The notes: generated by a model from the letters alone, not told the origin. A stretch of 32,414 bases of DNA from Fonticula alba ATCC 38817 (GCA_000388065.2 KB932231.1); one strand, 5' to 3'; shown: positions 20,050-31,815, numbered from the stretch's first letter. Program-made: numbers and translations.

Positions 20050-21522
20050 GCAGCTGCTGCAACAGCAGGCCTGGGAACGGGGCCTGCCGAGCATGATGCA
20101 GGGTGCAGGATGCAGGGGGCGCACCGCGCTCGGACCCGATCTCCAGGTACTCCCATGAGGGATTACGGGTCAGCATTTCCCGGAAGGACTGAACATCGGT
20201 CGACTCTATGGTGAAGCCGGTCAGAAGAGGATGGTCAGCGAAGGGGACTTCATGGCGATTGGCCGGGCTTGTGTGTGCGAGTGGGCTGATTCCGGCGTGC
20301 TGGCCATACCGCGGCACTGGGAGGGGCCGATGTACTGAACTGCGGCCCCAAGCGGGCGGGGGAATGAAGCAGGCGGAGAGCCGAGAGGGAGAGAGAGAGA
20401 GAGATAGATGGAGAGTCGACGGGCCGCGTGGCCTCCTCGGGGAACGAGATCCGCGTGTCAGACCGGGAACCGGCGGTATCATGCGGGGACCTGCCGCTGG
20501 TTGCGTACCCTGGACGAGGTGGTCCTGAAAAAGCGGCGAATGTGTAGGCGTGCTGGCGGGCCGCTGGGCCGCAGGCTGTTCATGGGCCAGAGTCATGGGC
20601 GACCTTTTGCCCGGGTGGGCGCTCGATGCGGAGCAGATCCGGCGATGTTTTTTTCCCCACCTAACAGGCGAGCATAGAAGGGCCCCTTTGCCGGGGAGCG
20701 GGTGAGGGAGCAGCGATGAGGCCGGGCGCCCGGCTTGTGAGCAACCACAAAAAGAGACGCAGCGGCAAGACAGGAACTGGCAGGTGGGGTGCTGGGCGTC
20801 GAGAGGGAGAAAAGCAAAGGGAGAGGGGGAGGAAGAACAATCGATCGAGCGGGCAAGGGGGGGGGGGGGAGGGATTTCTTGGGGGACAGTCAGCAAGGCT
20901 GCGAGGAGACAGGGCCCCGAAGAGAGGGCGCTTGCGTGGCCAGCCTCGCAAGGGTGGAGGGCTGCTGGCAGGCTGGGCCTGCGCGAGCGGCCCCGATGCG
21001 CCATCTGGCCAGCCACACGGAGGCTTGGGCATGGTGGCGAGGTGGGCCAAAGGAATTGGCCCTCTTCCCCTGCCACAAGGAGCCCTGCGGAGCCCCTCGC
21101 CACTCGGTTGCCCCCTGAGGGGAACATTAGCATATAGCCTCCTCCTCGGGGCGCCGGGGGGGGGGGGGGGGGGGGGGGGCGGCGGCACCGATTAAATCGG
21201 CCGGCTGATCGACGCTCGATTGCCCTCTCGGCAGCTGGCGTCTGGTGCCCTCTTCGGGAAGGAGGGACCGGGGAGGGGGGCGGCCACCGGAGGGAGTGAG
21301 GGGGTCTCAGGTTGGTGCGCCAAATGGAGCCAACCTCGGGCCGAGGATGCGCATGGGGGCCCGGCGCAACCCCCCGGGGGTCAGTTCGGACGCTTTGCGA
21401 CGAAAGCCCGCAGAGAAGGGCCTCGCCGGAGGACATCTGGCCCAGATGAGGGCCAGCCTGTGTATGTGGCCTTGGGGCTATGGGTCTTTTTTCCCCCGTG
21501 TCCCTTGTATGTGTCTTTGTGT

Positions 21523-21562
<40 letters not shown>

Positions 21563-21724
21563 TTGTAGACAGCAATGCGTAGAGAGATAGTTCACTCTCC
21601 GAACCAGGTGCTGGCATGCCATTTGCTCATCATCGGCAGTGGGTCTCGTGGGGACGATGTATTGTCGCTTGGGGAGGGGCGCCAGCCGGGGCAGCCCTCG
21701 GCGAAGCCCGGCGGGTGACTCCAT
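16506..21724 (-). CDS. Ribonuclease-inhibitor-like (RI/NLRC3-type) leucine-rich repeat protein; N-terminal region and exact ends uncertain
   Basis: Spliced exons 20205-20125, 19931-19857, 19735-19652, 19505-19419, 19328-19242, 18772-18692, 18599-18513, 18307-18224, 18045-17962, 17827-17735, 17560-17477, 17288-17202 and 16819-16506 give 25-31 aa repeats such as LTSLSLK|GISL, LTHLDVS|GHLITDLG, LTGLDLS|DNPLSDAA and LRKLDLS|GTGL. The ATG at 21724 and exons between 20206 and 21724 are tentative. Confidence 0.82.
16950..17152. other. Assembly gap (203 N) inside an LRR-gene intron
   Basis: Run of N flanked by a G-run on the left and a C-run on the right. Confidence 0.99.
18991..19130. repeat. 46-bp minisatellite, 3 copies, in an LRR-gene intron
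   Basis: Unit ACACGGACACGCGCATGCGCACTCGCATTCAGGCACACACGTACAC. The GGACACGCGC landmark occurs at 18995 and 19041, and as GTACACGCGC at 19087 (one substitution). Confidence 0.95.
19526..19596 (+). repeat. (GGGGCC)7 hexamer repeat plus G-run in an LRR-gene intron
   Basis: Seven perfect GGGGCC units at 19531-19572, partial units on both sides, then a G-run to 19596. Confidence 0.95.
21156..21179 (+). repeat. G24 homopolymer (C24 on the LRR gene's sense strand)
   Basis: Read directly. Confidence 0.9.
21529..21561. repeat. (GT)16 microsatellite in the first putative LRR-gene intron
   Basis: Read directly. Confidence 0.9.
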
Positions 21725-22196
21725 ACCAAGGTCCAAAGGCGGGCGAAGCGCCAGGCGGACGGAGGGAGGACAACGACAGCCCGGGCCGAAGATCGTGGTT
21801 GCGATTGTGGGGAATGCGGGTACTTGTGCGTCGGCACATGTCTCTGCTTCGGGGCATGGGCCAAGAATGCAAAGCCCCGATGAAGTGCATCAGAACATGA
21901 AGCAGCATACCGATGCTGCTACGATGTGGATCAGGCTTCGTGCAGGGTGACGCGCGAGAGTATGTCTCTATTGGCGGCGTGGGGCGGGGACGCCGGGTGT
22001 ACAAGGGCGTGTGGTGAAGGGGAGGGCCAGGAAAAGGGAGGAAGGAAGGTCCAGCCTCGTCCAAGCTCCTGACGGAGGGGGGAGGTGTTCGTGCTGGTGC
22101 GCGTATGTGCGTGTCTGCGCGTGTGTGTGTGTGCACGTATCCGGAGAGGAGTTCATACACACACACACACAGGCAGACTGGTGGCCAGGATTGTCC

Positions 22197-25100
22197 TCAG
22201 TTGTGCAGGAAGGAATCGCAAACGATCTCGAAGGGCGGCGGGCCGTCAACGCCCCGAGGGGCGAAATGCACCATCAACCGACCGAAGAGGGAGCGCATGC
22301 GAGGGTAAGCCTGCGAGCCGGTGGGCGCGGAGGCCTGCCACTCGAAGCGGATGTTCCGCAAGGCATAGTGAATGAGGTCTAGATCGAGCGGAGAGGCGGG
22401 CAACGAGAAGGGGGTCAGAGATGGCGAGGGAGCAAGGGCAGAGAGGGGCCGCGGGGAGGGGGTAAAAAAAAAAAAAGAAAGAGGAAGGAGGGCCGGGAAG
22501 ACGCACCCTGCTCGAAGCGCCAGGGCATGCGGCCGGTCTTGATGGCCGGAACGGCGGTCATGGAGCCGGAGGAGGACCCGGAGGAGGAGCCCCCGGTCGA
22601 GCCGCTGACCGTCGGGACGGGCGGCAGCGGGGTGCCGATATTCGGCTGGGCTGAGCCGCGGTTGGCCATGACCGACAGCGGGCCGATGGCCTGCTGGCTG
22701 AGAGGCCACACACGGAAGGCGCCCTCCAGCGGGATGGGCGTCATATCGGCCAGGGAGGCGGCCGAGCGCGGGTCGCCGGCCGCTGCGGCCGCCGCATCGG
22801 CACCCGGCTGCAGATGGACCCGCCGCGAGGAGTATGTGCTCGGGAACATGACAGCCACCAGCCAGTGATTGTCCGGGGAGATGGTCAGCCCGCAAACCGG
22901 CCCGCATTCCTGGCCGATGATGCCCAGGTCAAAGACCGACACTCGGGCCGCGGTGAGCAGGTCGTAAATGGCCAGCCAAGAGCGCTCCTGGCGAGAGGGC
23001 GCATCGCCACCGGGGCCGGCATTGGCCCCGCCGGCCGGGAGGGCCGCACCAGCGCCACCGGACCCCATGGCAGCAGCGGCACCGCCACCGGGGCCCGAAC
23101 CACCGGTCAGCGGCGGGCCACCCGCCAGCGGGGAAACAATGACAACCGGGCAGACGATGCGCGAGTTGCGCGAGAACAGCAGCACCGACGGGACAGTCGC
23201 CTGCAGGGACAGCAGGGCATACTGCGCCAGGGTGGTCAGCTGCTGCGGATGCTCGCGCTTGGCATCCAGGACACGGGCGATGACCAGGCTGACCAGGAAC
23301 CCGGCGAAGGCGTGCAGGGCGCGCGACAAGGCCGGCAGATGCTCGCACTGTGAAGCGGCCGGCCGGAGGGGCGGGAGAGAGAGAGAGGGGGGGGGGAAAG
23401 CCAGCGAGGCGCGTGTCAGCGTCAAAGGGACGAAAGGGGCAAGGAGCAACGGGCCAAAGAGGAGTGGGGGGGGGGGCAGGGGGCAGGGGCGACATGTGGA
23501 CGTACCCGGCGCGTGAGGTAGAGAATCAACTTGATGGCGCAGGCCATCTCACCCATGGACGCTTGCGGCGAGAAGAAGTCCGTGATGATTTGCAGCAGCT
23601 CCAGAGGGGCCTGCTCGGCCAGCAGCAGGAGGCTTGATCGAGCCAATGTGGGCAGCGAAGAAGACCGGGCATTTTGGGTGAAGATGAGCTCCGGGTTGCG
23701 GAGGGGCGAGGGCGTCCGGCCGGGGGTCGTGGCGGACCCCGGCGCATTGGGCCCCACATCGCCGCCGGCCCCTGCCGCCAGGGAGGGGCTGCTGGAAGAG
23801 GGGGCCGGGCCGCCAGGGCCCCGAGGCCCGGCGGCCCGCGGGCCACCGGAGCCGGCCAACGTGCCGGAGGAGGATCGCACCGCCGACGTCGACCCGGGCC
23901 CGCCGGACAGCGGCACATTGGCCGGGAAGGCGATCCCGATGAAAAGCCGAACCACAGACCGCAAGTCCAGGAAGGCGGAGAAGCCACCGGTGCGGGTTTC
24001 CGGGGCCGGCTCATTCGGCAAATTCAGACGAGGGGTGCTGGCCAGCCAGTAGCGGCCGAGCAAATCCACGGCGGCCATGCGCGCGCGGGCCATGGAGATG
24101 GAGTTGAAGGCCGGCTCGGAGGGAGGGACCCCCGGGCCGAAGGGCAGCTGCAACAGCGAGAAGAGGGCCAGGGCGCACATTTGCCATGCAACCATGATGG
24201 TGTTTGGCCGGCCCGGGGACTCCAGCAGGGTCAGCTGCCGGAGATTGCTGGACACCGGGCGCTGGGTCAGCAGGACGGCCACCACGATGGCCGGGATGGG
24301 ATCCAGTGCCAGGCACTCGCCCAATAGCTGGCCATAGGCCGGGGGGGCGTGCCGACCGGAGCCCGATCCAGCCCCGGAGGAGTGCGCACCGGAGCCGGAC
24401 CCGGGGCCAGGTGCGCCGTCCAGACGCCCCCCGGAGCCGGGCCCGGGGCCCCCGGGGCCCCCGGCGCCGAGCCCACTGCCAGACCCGGGCCCGGACCCGG
24501 GCCCGGACCCGGAGCCAGACCCGGACCCGCCGGTGGTGCTGGCCTGCTGCTGCTGCTGCTCGGCCACCCGGTGTAGCTGGAAGGACAGCAGGGCCGAGAA
24601 GCTCCTCAGCCGGCCGAGCCAATATTCCAGCAGCCGGAGCCAGGCCGAGTCCGACAGAGCGGTCACCGTGGACCGCAGGATGGCCTGGCAAGCACGGGTG
24701 ATGTGCGGCGACGGGTCGATCCAATACATGGACAGGAAGGCCACCGAGGGCGGGGCTCCAAAGAGAGGCTGCGGGGTGGCCGACTCGGGGCCCGACGCAC
24801 CGACCAAGGGGGGCTCGGCCGCGGGCATCGGGGCGGCCGGCTCAACTGGCGGGGTGCTCACCGGCGAGGCGAACGGCGTGGTGGGCGAGTTGCTCGGGGA
24901 GACGGACGGCGCCACCACCACATTGTGCTGATCCAGCACCGGGGAGGCGGTCACCGGCGGCGAGACAACCATGGCAAAGACCAAGTCCACGGTATAGAAC
25001 TGCACCAGAGGGGCCAGCTTGGCCGAGAGGTCTTCGCTGCTCGACAGGACATTCAGCACCGAGACGATGCTCAGCAGCCGGTGGGCCGTGACAAAGGGCG

Positions 25101-25491
25101 ACAGCGCCCACCCGGATTGGGTGATGATCTGCTGCCGGGTGAGGGGGGCCGCCGGGGCGGTGGCCATCGCCGTGGCCGGCCCACCAAGGGCATTCGGCGC
25201 AAAGATGGTGGCCGTGCCGTTGATGCTGCGGATGGCCCAGGTCAGGCAGTCGGGGATGCGCGTCAGGCCGAGCACCGAATCGGCCACCCACTGGATCAGG
25301 TCCGCCCGGGGGGAGAGGGCCGCCTCGGCCGGGCCGAGGGTTTCCACCCCGTAGCCGGACTCGAAGTTCGGGAAGACCAGCGGCACCAGATCCCACGCGT
25401 GCAGGGCACTGAGGAAGGTTCGCGCCAGGGTGACCAGGCTGCGATCGCGCTCGCTCAGCTCCGGCAGCAGAGGCGGCACCGTCTGTCGAGA

Positions 25492-25524
<33 letters not shown>

Positions 25525-28500
25525 ACCCGGCATGGAGCCCGCGGCCCCGGCGATCGAGGCGCTGCTCGGGGTGGCCGAGATGTCCGGCATGTCGAGTGCC
25601 GCGCCGGCCCCGATGGCCGTCAGTCCGGCCGACAGGTCGGTCGAGGTGGCGGCCGACGGGGTCGGCGACGCCAAGTGCGAAGGCAGGGCTGACAGGGCCC
25701 CAGAGAGCGACGGCGACAGGCTGGCCGCGGAGGCGCCCGCCAGGCTGGGACTCGGGACCGCGATGGCGGCTGCCCCGTCGGCCGGCTTGGTCGACCGGCC
25801 GGTGCCACGACGGCGCCGGGGCGCTCCACCGGCATCCTCATCGTCGGTGTTCAGCGGGGACTCCGACTCGCCGACCAGATCCAGCGGCTGACCGCAGGAG
25901 CTGCAGAGGGGGGCCTCATCAGCCGGAGCCAAGGGGGACGATGCGGCGACCGGGACGCCGCCGCCACCGGCAACAGGAACGCTCGCGGCGGCGGCGGCGC
26001 TTGCTGCCGACGTCCCCGGCGCCACCTCGAAGGGGCCGAAGTCGCCCATGCTCGCTGGCGCAAGGGTCACCTGCCCGGCTGGGGGGACCGGTCCGGCCCC
26101 CGGGCGGCCACGGCTGGTGGTGGGGGCCTCATCATCGCTGAGAATGGACCCGGATGGGGGCCGCCGCATGCCGGACTCCACGGCGACGCAGTGCGCGCAG
26201 CGGGTAGCCCCGATGCCGGCGGTGGCCGGGCCCGGGGACGCCGTCTCCCCGAGCATCAGCAGACCGAGGTCGGGCGAACGGCTGCCCGCCGAAAGGTCCA
26301 CCAGCGGCGAGGCCCCGAGCCCGGAGTCGGTGGCCGAGCTGCTGGAGGCCGACCGCGACGGGGAGAACAGTTGGTGGAGGCTCCGAGGGAGGGGGTCCCC
26401 CGGGGTCGAGGTGTCGCCGGCGCTCGGGCCAGTGGCAGCGGCGCCCGGGGCGTTGGCCATCGTCAGGGTCACGGACCGGGCTCGAAGTGCCGGGCTGGAC
26501 ACGGCGAACTGCTGGCCTTGCGGATGCTGGCCGGCCATCAGGGCGGCCGAGGGCGAGGCCGAGGCCTCGGGCTCGGAGAGAGCCTGCGATGCGTCGGCCA
26601 GGCCGCCCCCCGCCAGGCGATCCATCGAGGGGGCTGCCCCGGCGGCGGGATGACGCGGCGCAAGAACCGGCCGGGCCAACAGACCACGGCTGACAAATTG
26701 CCGCGCCGGAGACCCGGCGGCCGATGCGTCGACCATCGTCGCCGTGGCCGCCGCCATGACCGAGTACTGTTGGACCAGCCCCTCCAGCGTGCCGACAAGC
26801 ATGCGCAGCGAGGTGACCAGCAGCAGCTCGATGCAAGGGTCGCCATTGGCACCGGAATTCATGACCGGCACATGCTGGAAGAGCAGCGGGCTGGGCTGGG
26901 CCGGGAGGATGGCCCGGCTGGGGGCCGCCGCGCCTGCGGCCCGGGCCGCCGCGCCGATCAGCGGGCTCCGCGGGCCGGAGCCGGATGCACGCACCGACGG
27001 CCCGGCGGCCATGGGAACCAGCGTGTCATACAGAGCGCGGCCCGCCGCGTTCCGAGAGTCCCCACGGTCCGGCCCGGCCCCGGTCTCGGCCGAGAGGCTC
27101 ATCTGCGATTCGGACACCTCGGCCATCATCTGCGTGCTGGCCTTGGAGCTTTGGAGCAGGCGCGTCTCGGCGGAGGTGGCCCCGACGGCCACGGCCGCCA
27201 CGGCCGTCGCCGCCGCCGCCGCCGCGCTCGACCGCCGCCGCCCCGCGCCCGAGGGGTCCTTGCCATCGGATGCCGCCAGGTCGCCGGCCTGCCGGTCGAG
27301 CGCCTGCTGGCGTTCAATTTGGGCGAAGGCCGCCAGGCGCTCGGTCACCCCCTTGAGGATGACCAGCGCGCGTGGGCCCTCGGCCACGCGCTCCAAATAC
27401 CCGGTGGCCAGATGCCACACATAGACACACTGCGGGCTGCGGGCCATGGACGCGACCACCGAGAAGTTGTCGCTCATGGAGGAGGTCGAGGAAAAGAGGG
27501 CATCCCGGCCGAGGGTGGTGGTGACAGCCATCAACGACGAGGCCGACCCGACTGGCGACGAGAAGAGCGTGCCGCACGAGACAAAGAGACGCTCGCCGTC
27601 GCAAATGAGCGAGGTGATCGGGTGCGGGTGGCCGCCAAACATGTGGACGCTGCGCGCGGAAAACCGTCGGACCGGGGGGGGGGGGGGGGGAGGGAGATGG
27701 CATTCGATTCGGCAGGAGGGGTCAGCAGGCCGGCCATGGGCGGCGGGGGGCAGCCACGAGGGCCCCCAAGCGAGGCGAGGCGAGGCGAGGCAAGGCGAGG
27801 CACGCAGGGCAGGAGCCCAGGAGCGAGCGGCAAGAGGAGGAGCGAGCGGCCAGGAGGACCCCATGGGCAATGGCGCACCACTGAAGACCGGCCATGGAGA
27901 GGATGGCCACCGAGTGGTCGGCCCCGACGGAGATGATGCACCGCCGGAGGGGGATCCCACCGGACCCGCCCACCACACCGCCCACCATGCTTGTCACGGT
28001 GCTGGGGATGGGCGGCGGGATCAGCAGCGCCGTGATCGGGCCCGAGTGGCAGAGGAAGGTGGCCAGCAATTGCCGGGTCTTGAGGTTCCAGACGCGGACC
28101 ATGCCGTCCGCCGAGCCGGACACCAGGTAGCACTTGAGCGTCACCGAGGAGGAGTCCGATTCCACCAGCGAGGGGGTGGGATCCAGCATGGTGGTAATGC
28201 GCGACCCGGGGTGGCCAGGCTCCAGCCAGAAGCCAGCCCCGCCGGCCGGGCACTCATGGGCATCCTCATCGCCGGGGGTGCACCCGCAGCCGGACCCGGC
28301 GACCCCGGCCGAGGAGACCGACGTCGCCGCAATCAGGCCAAAGTCTCCGACGGGCAGGATGCGAATCCGCCCATCCGGGAATCCCTGGGCCAGAAAGCGC
28401 CCCTGCACCAGACAAATGGCCGACGGCCGGGAGGGGACCAGCAGGCAGGCTGCCGAGGCGGCGGGGTCCACATGCTGCGCCGGGCAGAGGGCCGGCGCAT

Positions 28501-31473
28501 TGGCCCGGAAGGCGGGCTCCCAAATGTCCTCTGCCCGGATGGCTGGCACCGAGCGAGGGGCAGACAGAGAGAGAGGGGGGAGGGGGGGGGGGGAAGAGCG
28601 TCAACAAGGAGCAGGTCGATGGAGGGGGCAAGGGGGAGGGGAAGGCGCCACATGCGGCAATGTCTGCCGGGAGGTGGCAGCGCGACAGGGAGCGAGGGGT
28701 ATATCCACGCACAGAGGGCCGGCGGCACGGCACGGCGCTTGGAAGATGGCATGGCCGCCAGGGCGTGCAGGGCCGCTCCCACGGACCAGGATCGGACATG
28801 GCTGGACCCGCCCTCGCGGGCGAAGCTGAACAGCAGCTCCTCGAAGGGAGGAGCCCCGGGGGCCGGCCCGCCGGAAGTGGGAACGCGCAGGATGCAGCTG
28901 GTCGGGCCGAGGGACATGGAGGGGACCAAGGTCCGGCGCACGCGCGCGCGATTGGCCCCCGGGCTGATGAGAGCCGTGTCCGGATTGAGGGCGGCCGCCT
29001 CGGGCACCAGAGCACCGAGCTGGAAGGAACGACTGGATAGGAACCCGGTGGCCGGGTCGCAGTAGACATCGTAACGGAAGATGTAGTTGCTGCCACTCTG
29101 CGGCCCGGGCAGAGAGAGAGAGAGGGGCGTGGATTTCGCGGCAGCCAATGGTCAGCAAAGTGGGCAGAAGGCCATGGGGGAAGAGGCGCGGCCGGAGGGT
29201 CGGGAGGAGCGGCGAAAAGACGCACCCGGCAAGAGAGAGACACATGGAGGCGCGTGAGCAGGGCCTTCTTGGAGAGACCTGGCGCTTCGGCCGAGGCATC
29301 GGCGTCAGGCTCCACCTGGTCGTAGTCCAGAAGGAGGAACTCCCCGGAATGCCAGCCCAGGGCCGAGGGGCAGCGATCGCGGTGGATGACATCCAGCGAG
29401 GAACGCGACAGGAGCTACGGCATTGCGCCCGTGCGTCGGTGTGTGGGTGTGGAAATGCGCACGCAAGGGCGGCGAGCCGAATGTGAGCAGAAGGGTGCAT
29501 CAAGCCATAGGGAGGGGGGGGGGGCGAAACGTGGACAAAGATGCCTGCGTACCGACACATGCTGGCGACCGACCACCAGCAGGAAGCCGTCGCAGGGGGA
29601 CAGGCAGGCCGAGACCGTCTGTGTCAGCCGAGCAGTCGGGTTGGCACGCGCCGGGCGCGGCCGGTGCAGCAGCGGCTGCTCCTGGAAGCGTGACATCAGC
29701 TGTGCCGTGAAGGAGCCACTGGAGGGGTCGTTCGGCACCGGGAGCCCGGTTTGCGCGACGACATGCGATCCACCGGCCGAGTCGCGTGAAGCGCCGGACC
29801 GGCCCAGATGCAGGGTCTGCCCGGCCTGGTTGAGGACCGACTGGACGAATTGGCTGGAGGTGGCCCGTCGACTGGACGGCGCCGGGGCGGCCACCTCGCG
29901 GTCCGGATACGGCGGCAGCAGCGACGCCAGGGTGAACACGCGCAAGGAACCGTCGAAGGCAAAAACAAACACCTCAACTGTGGCGGGTGTCAGCGGCGGG
30001 GCCAGCAGCACGGGCGCGGGGGAGTGTCAAGCGTGCGGCCGGGCGAATGGGAAGATGTCAAGCGCACATTGGTGGTACAGAGTGAAGTCCACCCACTGGT
30101 CGGCATCAGTGAGGCTCAGGTGCGCGACCACGCGCATGTAGCTCCGGGTGAGACTGCCCGAGCGAGGGGTGTGCCCGCCGAGCAGGTCCACCAGGGTGGA
30201 GACCCGTGACCGGCCGGACACCAGGGCATAGCGCGGGAGCGTGTCCTTGGAGGAGAGGAGGCCAGTCCGGCTGGATGGGCGGCTATGCCAGCAGCAAACA
30301 GGGGAGGGGGAGGAGGGAGGGGGGGACGTGGGGGACACTCGGGGCGTCAGGAGGAGGAGGAGGAGGAGGAGGAGGAGACGAAGAAAAGGACGAGAAGGGC
30401 AGGCGGGAGGGCGACATCAGGGCGGGGCAGAGGGCAGGCGGACATGTTCAAGCAGGGCAGCAGAGCCAGAGTCTTGGGACAGCCATCGAGCAGGCCGCGA
30501 CGGGAGGCATTCAGGCAGCGGCCATCATGCAACGACCAGATCATCAAGACACTTGGAATCGACGGGGGAGAGACGGTCAATCGGCATGGACAGGGAGGCT
30601 GGCGGAGCATGGAGGAGACGCGCACCCATCTTCATCGACACTGGCCAGCATCGGAGTCAGGCGGAAGCCGAAGGAATCGAGCGGCCCGCAGGACACATCG
30701 GCCAGGGCGGTGATCGGGGCAAAGTGACCGAGGAGCAGGGCCTTGGGCTGGGGACAGGCGTGGGCGTCAGGGTGCGCGTGGGAGTGCGGGAGGAGCGAAG
30801 GAGGCCGGGGGAGGGGGGAGGGGGGGGGGGAGGCAAGGAAAGGATGGCGACCGGGACATACCACCAGGTTGTTTGACTCATCCGGGCGCCAGAGCCAGAT
30901 GTGCCCACGCCGACTGGCCGTGGCCACAATGATGCCATTCTCCCCGATGCCAATGCCCGGGATGAGGGTGCTGCCGGAGGGGACAACGGTGGTGGCGCTT
31001 GCCATCGAGCCGGGATTGGCGTCACCGGTCGACCGTGAGGGCTGCATGCTGTAGTATGTGGCCGACTCGCGGCGCGACAGGGGGGGCGTCTGGGGAACAT
31101 GATTGGGGAAGCCGGAGGGATCGGCAGCGGCGGCGGCGGTCGTGGAAGCAGCGGAGCTGCCCTTGTCACGGGAGGAGAAAAGCGACCCGATGATGGTGCT
31201 GCTGAAGGAGGAGGCCGAGCGTCCTGGCGACAGGACCCCGGGGCTGCTGGCACGACTGTCCCCCCCGGAGGAGGCGCCCGATGGCGAAGGGGGGGACGCG
31301 GCCGATCCGGTGCCGGAGAGGCGCTGCTGCGCGTCGAAGGCCAACTGCCCGAAGGCTCGCTGCATGCGCGACGAGTAGGACGAGTGCGCCACATGCACCA
31401 GGCCGACATCATGCCGAGGGGTGGTCAGCCACGAGGCCAAGGTGGCCGCCAGCGGCGGCGTCGGGCAGGGCAT
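22197..31473 (-). CDS. WDR7: WD repeat protein 7 / Rabconnectin-3 beta orthologue, strongly expanded
   Basis: Matches to WDR7 blocks: IVATASRRGHIWLW...|PKALLLGHFAPITAL, G|VLMIWSLHDGRCL, YLVSGSADGMVRVWNL...FLCHSGPITALLIPP, CIISVGADHSVAILS, GHPHPITSL, VYVWHLATGYLER, FLSALHAWDL, WALSPFVTAHRLLSIVSV, PPSVAFLSMYWID...ACQAIL, and a terminal WD-like TISPDNHWLV. Confident exons: 31473-30862, 30747-30626, 27649-23506, 23347-22507, 22378-22197. Exons between about 30551 and 27879 are only partly resolved. Confidence 0.92.
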
Positions 31474-31741
31474 GGCTCTTTATCGGCAAAGGAAGAGGGG
31501 GGAAGGGTCCCGAGTGGCCGGCGAGCGCCCGTTCGCCAAAAGGTGCGAGGACACGAGATGAAGTAGGGAGGAAAGAGAGGGGCAGGCTATTCTTGGGGAA
31601 GAAAAGGACGGAGAGGGGAGGGAGAGAGAGAGAGAGAGAGAGACAGAGGACGGAGACGGAGGTGAGGTGTCTGGCCGTCTTTCGAGACAGAGCCGGAGGG
31701 GCTGGCCAAATGGTCGCCGTGTGTGCCGATGCCGGGTCGAA

Positions 31742-31771
31742 ACGCACGCACGCACGCACACACACGCACAC

Positions 31772-31814
<43 letters not shown>
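31742..31814. repeat. Compound (ACGC)n/(AC)n microsatellite upstream of WDR7
   Basis: Read directly. Confidence 0.92.

Positions 31815-31815
<1 letters not shown>

Noticed and set aside
19961-21736. The 591-aa and 684-aa (16506..18560) ORFs as single-exon proteins
   Set aside because: They read through stop-free GC-rich introns (HTHT and PPPP tracts), and the LRR motifs switch frame between exons.
3907-27802. Recurrent GCCTY pentamer runs on sense strands (3907-3929, 27770-27802, and a related 9-mer at 6891-6917)
   Set aside because: They are short, differ in unit and are consistent with ordinary slippage in C/T-rich leaders and introns.
5681-31473. LAMTOR2 and WDR7 (both lysosome/V-ATPase/mTORC1-related) plus PI31 in one window as a functional cluster
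   Set aside because: They are separated by unrelated genes, lie up to 15 kb apart and share no visible motif. This is most likely coincidence in a eukaryotic genome.
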